The notes below the pieces were generated by a model, which was not told the origin of the DNA, did no database searches, and saw only the letters and a program-made list of their open reading frames with translations. From assembly GCA_013265495.1 (NCBI GenBank), contig MU058065.1, positions 62,001-126,000 on the forward strand: a stretch of 64,000 nt of DNA, written 5' to 3'. The stretch's first letter is position 1; each line of letters starts with the position of its first letter. The stretch comes from Vicugna vicugna (lineage: Eukaryota). A program made the position numbers and the translations under genes. Shown in pieces: positions 51,907 to 60,743 of this stretch.

Positions 51907-54900
51907 CAAAAGGATGAAAGATTTTAAGTACAAGAGAAAACAAGGTTATTAAGGGGAGAGGCATCTAGAGGGTCTCAAACTGCGTCTGTGACTGATAACT
52001 CTTAAACCAGAAGGCAATTGGTTATCACGGGATTCATTTGAGATCCCAGTGCCCTGTAGGTCACACTGATCTGAGATCCCGGTACCTTACAATTGTATTC
52101 ATTTGTCTTGCATCTTCCCTGTAAGCTTCCTGTGAGCAGGATCATGTCTTACATATTTAAATCCTCAGTGCCTCGCCTAATGCCTAACTCAGGGAGGTGC
52201 CCTAAAGTACCTAAATGAAAAAAAAAAAAAAAAGCCAGATACTTATGCGTTATAACCACCCTTCAAGTTCAAGTGTAAGGCTTCTCGCCTCCATAAAGAT
52301 TTCTTTAGTTATTTCATCTACCAGGATCTCTACCTGCTCCAAGTAAATACCACTTACTTGACCTTTAATGCACTCACAGGATTTCATTGATCAATTATGT
52401 TTATTTTGTATCTCACTTATTACCCTACCAAAACTATAAGAAGCTATTTTTTATATATTTCATACTGCTTGTCAGAGTAGACATTCAAATATTGGTTACT
52501 ACCAAGCAATCTTAAAATTGAAAAAGACATTAAAATGAGAAAAATCTACAAGTTTTGATATTCCTTCAGGTATCATTCTAAATTGCCAAAATTACTTCTA
52601 GAGAGGACAATAGTTAAACAGCTCCTCCAGCTGTGACCTGTTTATCTTAAGTAAAACTTTTAATTTTCAAATGGTTAGTTGTACCTTCAGTCAACTCAAT
52701 TCTAATTTCTCTTATGACAGTAACTTATACTTCTGTATGTTGAGCATATATAAAATGGTTACTCTATATAACAGATTAATTCACAACCAAAATAAATGTC
52801 TAGCTAGAGATCACTTTAGGGGAATATGTAGAAATTTATAGCTTGTATGATGTCCGTGATAGTGTCACATACAGGCGAGTATTTCCATTTTAAAGCTAAT
52901 TACAGAAGTATTGCCCAATAGTGCACTCGTGGTGTTGAATGTTTTAACTCCTGGAATCATAACTGCATTGTCAACAACAACATAGCTGTCCCAGTGTTTT
53001 GATGAATCATTATTTCAGCTCTTGTAGTTTTAAAACGCACTTTAGGCTCTTACCCAAATCATCTCAAACTGTCCTATAGATGGCAGCATTGAGCAATATA
53101 TTTGGTAAGGTTGCTTTCTTGGTTTCTGTAAATTTTCACTTAGTGAATTTTTCATACAGGATATTTAACTGCAGTACACCACAAGACTAATTTCACATAT
53201 GGTGACAGGATAATACTTGTACCTGCTCAAAATTACTTCAGTCAGTTTCCACAAAAGCATCTCTTTCTAGTCTGTATTAACCAAATACGGATTTCCAGAG
53301 TTAACCGACTCATTAAAAAAATGTAAAGGACAAATGAAATTACTGTAGTATTATTATAATAATGTTAACCACCTTTAACGTTGGTAGTAAAGCATCAGCA
53401 AGTAGGAAGAAACGACAATAACATTCCATGATCAGTGATCATCTACCACATGAAATTGGCTTGGAAAAAAAAAGTGTCACACCAAGCTGACTTATTTCAT
53501 GATTTTTAATGAATATTTTAGCCACTGAATTTGCTTTTTTAAAGCTGAAATTCTTTGTCACTGTGTTATTTTAAGGCTTTAAAATAAGTTATACATGATC
53601 AAAATTCTAACCTTTCTGTGAAGATTATTGTAGAATATTCACAAATTATCTTGATCTCCCTGACCCCTCCTCCTGCTAGGATAGAGTATTTTCTTTTCCT
53701 TTATTCCATTTATTTAGCTTTATTTAGCTTTTTCATTTTTTTGCGGGGGGAGCATTTCAAAAGTAAATGGACTTGGATTGTTTTTCCAACAAAATGTGAT
53801 ATACTCTCCACCCTGACCCTGCCCTAAGCATCAAAACTGTAAAAAGCCCTTTGGCCTTAGATTTCATTGTTAATAGTAAACAATCCTTTTACCTTTTTTT
53901 TTTTCTTTCGCCAAGGGTAAAACCTCACAGTTACTTTACTCTTTACCTGCTTTAAGTTCAGACTTCCCTGATCCGCAACCCCTGCTCCCCATCAAGCGCG
54001 CTATTCCCCCGGAATCTCGGCCACTGTTACTGCCGCCTCGTTTGCAGATTATATCTGCTATTTATAGCTCTGCTGTAGTGGGCACGTGTGCCCACATCAC
54101 CAAGCTGTCAGAGGTAGAGAAGGGCGGGCTTTCAATTCAAAAGCATGCACACGAATTATAGATTAACCGGGTTGAGATGAGGCTGCATGATGGCAGGGAA
54201 CAAGAAGGTGAGAGAGGAAATGAGAAACTCCCAGGCTTCGGTGGGGAGTAGCCCCTCTGCAGACACCGACTCCCCCAATTCACGTGTCATAACGCTGCTG
54301 AATGGCGCCTTTGGTTCTCTTTTCTTCTTTTTTTTCACTGCGCTTTGCAACCTACCTTGGTACCCTCACCCTCTCTCCCCACGTCCCCTCCCTCAAGGCA
54401 AGGCTTGAAGGACAGGCAGCGTCACCAATCAGCAGGCTTCGCCAAGAAACTCCCCCGCCCCTCACCCCGGTATTAGGCCCAGGCGCGCTCCTCCTCGGCC
54501 CAGCCGGTCCGGCCATTGAGCATGCCCAGCGCCTGAGCTACTGCGTTTCCCTGCGAGCATCCTGCAGTGCCAGAGAGCTGGCGTCTGAGGAGGGTCTCCC
54601 TTGCGGAGAGGGGGCAGAGACCCCAAACGGGCCAGGGAATAGGGTGGGAAAATAAGATAGCGTTAAGTAGAGTGACAGATGTCATTTTTAAAAGGGTTGT
54701 TAATGCCAGCTGGACCAGCAGGGGACAAACTGCTTGTTTACAGGTCAGCTTAACAAACAAACAAAAACTTCGGGGAGCGTTTGCTTGTGATGAGACTGAT
54801 ACCGCAAGGGAACTGTGTTAAGAATCGCTCTCAGAAGACCCAGGCTGATGACCTGTTCTAATCCTGAAGTGCCCATTTTCCTGTACAGTTGAGCTGGCAC

Positions 54901-55906
54901 CATCCTTGTTTTTTCCCGATTATCCTTGTGGTCAAGGGTAAACATTTTATGGGGTGGTTCAATGGGTGTGGATGCTGTGTGTGTGAAACAAACACTTCAG
55001 CCAATATTTACACAGTAGGGTTTTGGCCTCACGAACCCTCTGTAGTCCCCAACGTCTTTTAAAAATCACAAATTGCTTTCGGAATATGGTAAGGGGAGAG
55101 CATCTCATTTCCTCCCCAAGCCTTCGCCCAAGGTGTGAACCCCCGCCCCCTCGCTGGGATAGGGGGTGGGGGAGACGCTGTGATATTTATATTTTCTCCC
55201 TAATTGACCAGCGCTAACCTCAAGGCGCCGGACGTATGACGCTTCCCAGGGATTCCTGTTCCCGTTTAGCAAGTGACCATAACACCCCCAGTCACTGCCC
55301 TTGGGCGTCCCTCTGTTTCTTCGAGGTACTTCACTGCAGCAAATGCGAGGATTCCAAGGTGGAAAGCTGACCCAAAAAGTCCTTTAGAAAAACCACAAAA
55401 ATACAGATCTCACTCTCGCCTATCACCCCGAAACTGAAATTCAGCTTTTATATTTCCAGGGAGAAAAAGCCTTGACTAGAAACGTCCTTCTAGAGGGGTC
55501 GATCTTACCTGTTAGGTAAGATCCAGCCCCACTCCCGCGCCCCCTCCTCCCGGGGCCCTCCCACGCAGGGCGCTGTAGCCGCAGTGCCCCCCCGTCGCCC
55601 CCCACCCTCACTCCTGCGTCTTCCCGAGTTCGCCCCCCCGTTTTCCCAGACTCCCCTCGTGCTTTCGGGTTGCCACCCAAACACCCCCGCCCGCGCCCGC
55701 GGCGGGGATTCCTGCGGGCCAGGGGCGCCCTGGGTGGCGCGTGGGGAGGAAGGCTTTGCGCCGGGGCGGGCGGCCGCGCAGGGGCGCTGCCCGAGCGCTG
55801 CGCCGAGGCCGGGCGCGGGCGCCGCTGCGGCACGGCCGGGGGGCGGAGAGGGGCGGGCGCGGGGCGGGCTCGGCCCGGAATGTAGAGACCCGGGCGGGAG
55901 CCTCCC

Positions 55907-55933
55907 GGCGGCGGCGGCGGCGGCGGCGGCGGC
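55907..55933. repeat. (GGC)9 repeat at the IRS1 promoter
   Basis: Direct reading. Confidence 0.95.
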
Positions 55934-56337
55934 CGGGCTGCGGAGCGCAGAGGCTCCGTCACGTGTTTTTCTCCTCCGAGTGAGACGGCGGCGCGGTCGG
56001 AGGGGGCCGGCGCGCAGAGCCAGACGCCGCCGCTTGTTTTGGTTGGGGCTCTCGGCAACTCTCCGAGGAGGAGGGAGGAGGGGAGAAGTAACTGCAGCGG
56101 CAGCGCCTCCCGGGGAAGAGGCGTCTTCCCCGACTCCTTCCCCAGCCTACCCCCCTCGCCTCCCGCCCTCGTCCCCTCCCCTCCCGACTGGAGCGAGGGG
56201 GTGGGATGATCCTGTCCCTCCAGCTTATCCTCAGCTCCCCAGGCTGCCTAGTAGCGTTTGTCGTGGAAAAGCCACTTTCTCCGCCTGCCGAGATGGGCCC
56301 GAATGGGGGCTGCAGAGGACGCGTCCGCGGGCGGCGG

Positions 56338-56364
56338 CAGCAGCAGCAGCAGCAACAGCCGCAG
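56338..56364 (+). repeat. (CAG)5-CAA-CAG-CCG-CAG repeat in the IRS1 leader
   Basis: Direct reading. Confidence 0.95.
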
Positions 56365-56957
56365 CGCCGCGGTCTCTGCGATTGAGCTGGTATTTGGGCT
56401 GCTGGTGGCGGCGGGGACGGTGGGGGGGTGGGAGGAGGCGGAGGAGGAGGCGAAGGAGGAGGGAGAACCCCGTGCAACGTTGGGACTTGGCAGCTCGCCT
56501 CCCCCTGCCCAAGGATATTTAATTTGCCTCGGGAATCGCTACTTCCAAAGGGGAACTCAGGAGGGAAGGCGCGCGCGCCTGGAGGGGCAACGCGGGGACC
56601 CCCGGCCGTAGCCGCCGCCTGCCTGCGCCGGACTCTCGCCTCGGCGGCGAGAGATGCATCTTTGCTCCTTCCCGGCCGCGGCGGCTGAGAGGAGACTTGG
56701 CTCTCGGAGGATCCGGGCTGCAACTCACGCCGGACGCGCTGCCTCCCCCAGGGCATGAAACGCCAGTAAACTCCGGTCGGGGCAATCTCCTTGGCGCAGC
56801 TGCTGCGTCCTCCCTCGGCTGCCCCTCCCTGGCGCAGAGGGCGGCGTGGATTTCGGAGTCGGGGTTTCAGCCGCCTCCAGCCCTGTTTGCATGTGCGGGG
56901 CCGCGGCTCGGAGCCTCCGCCCCCCACCCGGTTGTTTTTCGGCGCCTCCCTCTGCTC

Positions 56958-56987
56958 GGCGGCGGTGGCGGCGGCGGCGGCGGCGGC
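56958..56987 (+). repeat. (GGC)2-GGT-(GGC)7 just upstream of the IRS1 ATG
   Basis: Direct reading. Confidence 0.95.
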
Positions 56988-56990
56988 AGC

Positions 56991-59900
56991 ATGGCGAGCC
57001 CTCCCGAGACCGACGGCTTCTCGGACGTGCGCAAGGTGGGCTACCTGCGCAAACCCAAGAGCATGCACAAGCGCTTCTTCGTGCTGCGGGCGGCCAGCGA
57101 GGCGGGGGGCCCGGCGCGTCTCGAGTACTACGAGAACGAGAAGAAGTGGCGGCACAAGTCGAGCGCCCCCAAACGCTCGATCCCCCTCGAGAGCTGCTTC
57201 AACATCAACAAGCGGGCGGACTCCAAGAACAAGCACCTGGTAGCCCTCTACACCCGGGACGAGCACTTTGCCATCGCGGCGGACAGCGAGGCGGAGCAGG
57301 ACAGCTGGTACCAGGCCCTCCTGCAGCTGCACAACCGAGCCAAGGGCCACCACGACGGGGCCGCGGCCCCCGGGGCGGGAGGCGGCGGGGGCAGCTGCAG
57401 TGGCAGCTCTGGCCTCGGCGAGGCTGGGGAGGACTTGAGCTACGGGGACGTGCCCCCAGGACCCGCCTTCAAGGAGGTCTGGCAGGTGATCCTGAAACCC
57501 AAGGGCCTGGGTCAGACAAAGAACCTGATTGGCATCTACCGCCTCTGCCTGACCAGCAAGACCATCAGCTTTGTGAAGCTGAACTCGGAGGCGGCGGCTG
57601 TGGTGCTGCAGCTGATGAACATCAGGCGCTGTGGGCACTCCGAGAACTTCTTCTTCATCGAGGTGGGCCGTTCCGCAGTGACGGGACCCGGGGAGTTCTG
57701 GATGCAGGTGGATGACTCTGTGGTGGCCCAGAACATGCACGAGACAATCCTGGAGGCCATGCGGGCCATGAGCGATGAGTTTCGACCTCGAAGCAAGAGC
57801 CAGTCCTCCTCCAACTGCTCCAACCCCATCAGTGTCCCCCTGCGCAGGCACCACCTCAACAACCCTCCACCCAGCCAGGTAGGGCTGACCCGCCGCTCTC
57901 GCACCGAGAGCATCACTGCCACCTCCCCTGCCAGTTTGGTGGGCGGGAAGCAGGGCTCCTTCCGCGTCCGTGCCTCCAGTGATGGCGAAGGCACCATGTC
58001 TCGCCCCGCCTCTGTGGACGGTAGTCCTGTAAGTCCTAGCACCAACAGGACCCACGCCCACCGGCATCGAGGCAGCTCCCGGCTGCACCCGCCTCTCAAC
58101 CACAGCCGCTCTATCCCCATGCCTTCTTCTCGCTGCTCACCTTCCGCCACCAGCCCGGTCAGTCTGTCGTCTAGCAGCACCAGTGGCCACGGATCCACCT
58201 CGGACTGTCTCTTCCCGCGGCGGTCCAGTGCTTCTGTGTCCGGTTCCCCCAGCGATGGCGGTTTCATCTCCTCAGATGAGTATGGCTCCAGTCCCTGCGA
58301 TTTCCGAAGTTCCTTTCGTAGTGTCACTCCGGATTCCCTGGGCCACACCCCACCGGCCCGCGGTGAGGAGGAGCTGAGCAACTACATCTGCATGGGAGGC
58401 AAGGGGCCCTCCACCCTCGCTGCCCCCAACGGTCACTACATTTTGCCTCGGGGTGGCAACGGTCACCGCTACATCCCAGGAGCTGGTTTGGGGACGAGCC
58501 CAGCCCTGACTGGAGATGAAGCAGCCAGTGCCGCGGATCTGGATAATCGGTTCCGAAAGCGAACTCACTCTGCTGGCACATCCCCAACTATTTCCCACCA
58601 GAAGACCCCATCCCAGTCCTCTGTGGCTTCCATTGAGGAATATACAGAGATGATGCCTGCCTACCCGCCAGGAGGTGGCAGTGGAGGCCGAGTGCCCAGC
58701 TACCGGCACTCCGCCTTCGTGCCCACCCATTCCTACCCTGAGGAGGGTCTAGAAATGCACCCCCTGGAGCGGCGTGGGGGCCACCACCGCCCAGACACCT
58801 CCAGCCTCCACACTGATGATGGCTACATGCCCATGTCCCCAGGGGTGGCTCCAGTGCCCGGCAGCCGAAAGGGCAGTGGAGACTACATGCCCATGAGCCC
58901 CAAGAGCGTGTCTGCCCCACAACAGATCATCAACCCCATCAGACGCCATCCTCAGAGAGTGGACCCCAATGGCTACATGATGATGTCCCCAAGCGGCAGC
59001 TGCTCTCCTGACCTTGGAGGTGGGCCTGGCAGTGGCGGCAGCGGCAGCGGTGCAGCCCCTTCTGGGAGCAGCTATGGCAAAATGTGGACAAACGGGGTAG
59101 GAGGCCACCACTCTCACGCCCTGCCACACCCCAAACTCCCCGTGGAGAGCAGTAGTGGCAAGCTCTTGTCTTGTACAGGTGACTACATGAACATGTCGCC
59201 AGTGGGGGATTCCAACACCAGCAGCCCTTCCGACTGCTACTATGGCCCTGAGGATCCCCAGCACAAGCCAGTCCTCTCCTACTACTCCTTGCCAAGGTCC
59301 TTTAAGCACACCCAGCGCCCGGGAGAGCTGGAGGAGAGCGCCCGGCACCAGCACCTCCGCCTCTCCTCCAGCTCTGGTCGACTCCTCTATGCCACAGCGG
59401 CAGAAGATTCCTCCTCCTCCACCAGCAGCGACAGCCTGGGCGGGGGATACTGTGGGGCTAGGCTGGAGCCCAGCCTCCCGCATCTCCACCATCAGGTCCT
59501 GCAGCCCCATCTGCCTCGAAAGGTGGACACAGCTGCCCAGACCAACAACCGCCTGGCCCGGCCCACGAGGCTGTCCCTGGGGGATCCCAAGGCCAGCACC
59601 TTACCTCGGGCCAGAGAGCAGCAGCCGCCGCCACCCTTGCTGCACCCTCCGGAGCCCAAGAGCCCAGGGGAATATGTGAATATTGAATTCGGGAGCGATC
59701 AGCCCGGCTACTTATCTGGCCCGGTGGCTCCCCACAGCTCGCCTTCTGTCAGGTGCCCATCCCAGCTCCAGCCAGCTCCCAGAGAGGAAGAGGCTGGCGC
59801 GGAAGAGTACATGAACATGGACCTGGGGCCCGGCAGGAGGGCCACCTGGCAGGAGAGCGCAGGGGTCCAGCCCGGGAGGGTGGGCCCCGCCCCCCCCGGA

Positions 59901-60716
59901 GCTGCTAGCGTGTGCCGGCCGACCCGGGCAGTGCCTAGCAGCCGGGGTGACTATATGACCATGCAGATGGGCTGCCCCCATCAGAGCTACGTGGACACCT
60001 CGCCGGTTGCCCCCATCAGCTACGCCGATATGCGGACCGGCATCGTTGTGGAGGAGGCCAGCCTTCCCGGGGCCACAGCGGCCGCGCCCTCCTCATCCTC
60101 CACGACCTCTGCTCCCCCTGCAGCGCCTCAAGGAGCAGGGGAGCTGGCGGCCTGCTCGTCCCTGCTGGGGGGCCCGCAGGGACCTGGGGGCCCGAGCGCC
60201 TTCACGCGGGTGAACCTCAGTCCCAGCCGTAACCAGAGTGCCAAAGTGATCCGTGCCGACCCGCAAGGGTGCAGGAGGAGGCACAGCTCCGAGACCTTCT
60301 CCTCAACGCCCAGTGCCACTCGGGCGGGCAACACCCTGCCCTTCGGAGGCGGGGCTGCAGTCGGGGGCAGTGGTGGTGGCAGCAGCAGCGCTGAGGATGT
60401 GAAGCGCCACAGCTCTGCTTCCTTTGAGAACGTATGGCTGAGGCCTGGGGAGCTGGGGGGAGCCCCCAAGGAGCTGGCTCAAGTGTGCGGGGCAGCCGGG
60501 GGTTTGGAGAATGGTCTTAACTACATAGACCTGGATCTGGTCAAGGACTTCAAACAGCGCCCTCAGGAGAGACCCCCTCAACCGCAGCCTCCTCCACCCC
60601 CAACCCCCCATCAGCCTCTGGGCAGCGGCGAGAGCAGCTCCACCAGCCGCTCCAGCGAGGATTTAAGCGCCTATGCCAGCATCAGTTTCCAGAAGCAGCC
60701 AGAGGACCTCCAGTAG
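56991..60716 (+). CDS. IRS1: Insulin receptor substrate 1, 1241 aa, CDS in a single exon
   Basis: MASPPETDGFSDVRKVGYLRKPK (strong Kozak agcATGg). PH domain ~57024-57335, PTB domain ~57468-57782. YxxM PI3K sites (YMPM x2, YMMM, YMNM x2, YMTM, YADM), GRB2 site YVNI, SHP2 sites YIDL and YASI. The ORF track starts at an upstream TTG (56697). Confidence 0.99.
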   Translation: MASPPETDGFSDVRKVGYLRKPKSMHKRFFVLRAASEAGGPARLEYYENEKKWRHKSSAPKRSIPLESCFNINKRADSKNKHLVALYTRDEHFAIAADSEAEQDSWYQALLQLHNRAKGHHDGAAAPGAGGGGGSCSGSSGLGEAGEDLSYGDVPPGPAFKEVWQVILKPKGLGQTKNLIGIYRLCLTSKTISFVKLNSEAAAVVLQLMNIRRCGHSENFFFIEVGRSAVTGPGEFWMQVDDSVVAQNMHETILEAMRAMSDEFRPRSKSQSSSNCSNPISVPLRRHHLNNPPPSQVGLTRRSRTESITATSPASLVGGKQGSFRVRASSDGEGTMSRPASVDGSPVSPSTNRTHAHRHRGSSRLHPPLNHSRSIPMPSSRCSPSATSPVSLSSSSTSGHGSTSDCLFPRRSSASVSGSPSDGGFISSDEYGSSPCDFRSSFRSVTPDSLGHTPPARGEEELSNYICMGGKGPSTLAAPNGHYILPRGGNGHRYIPGAGLGTSPALTGDEAASAADLDNRFRKRTHSAGTSPTISHQKTPSQSSVASIEEYTEMMPAYPPGGGSGGRVPSYRHSAFVPTHSYPEEGLEMHPLERRGGHHRPDTSSLHTDDGYMPMSPGVAPVPGSRKGSGDYMPMSPKSVSAPQQIINPIRRHPQRVDPNGYMMMSPSGSCSPDLGGGPGSGGSGSGAAPSGSSYGKMWTNGVGGHHSHALPHPKLPVESSSGKLLSCTGDYMNMSPVGDSNTSSPSDCYYGPEDPQHKPVLSYYSLPRSFKHTQRPGELEESARHQHLRLSSSSGRLLYATAAEDSSSSTSSDSLGGGYCGARLEPSLPHLHHQVLQPHLPRKVDTAAQTNNRLARPTRLSLGDPKASTLPRAREQQPPPPLLHPPEPKSPGEYVNIEFGSDQPGYLSGPVAPHSSPSVRCPSQLQPAPREEEAGAEEYMNMDLGPGRRATWQESAGVQPGRVGPAPPGAASVCRPTRAVPSSRGDYMTMQMGCPHQSYVDTSPVAPISYADMRTGIVVEEASLPGATAAAPSSSSTTSAPPAAPQGAGELAACSSLLGGPQGPGGPSAFTRVNLSPSRNQSAKVIRADPQGCRRRHSSETFSSTPSATRAGNTLPFGGGAAVGGSGGGSSSAEDVKRHSSASFENVWLRPGELGGAPKELAQVCGAAGGLENGLNYIDLDLVKDFKQRPQERPPQPQPPPPPTPHQPLGSGESSSTSRSSEDLSAYASISFQKQPEDLQ

Positions 60717-60743
60717 CTCAACTGGACATCACAGCAGGTGCGT
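60717..60743 (+). other. IRS1: IRS1 exon 1 3'UTR stub and 5' splice site
   Basis: CAG|GTGCGT with the exon ending at 60737, 21 nt after TAG; fits the known two-exon IRS1 structure. Confidence 0.8.

Larger units (their letters stand above)
55530..57480 (+). promoter_or_regulatory. IRS1: IRS1 CpG island, promoter and ~1 kb 5' leader
   Basis: Dense CpG, many GC boxes at 55.76-55.90 kb, (GGC)9 at 55907-55933, GTCACGTG at 55958-55965, no TATA box. TSS inferred near 55.9-56.0 kb. Confidence 0.88.

Noticed and set aside
56697..56990. ORF-track start making IRS1 1339 aa
   Set aside because: It is a TTG; the canonical N-terminus MASPP begins at ATG 56991. Kept only as a hypothetical extension.
55959..58103. 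714-aa antisense ORF, and other long minus-strand ORFs over IRS1
   Set aside because: Non-ATG start, no recognisable domain; typical shadow of a GC-rich CDS and CpG island.
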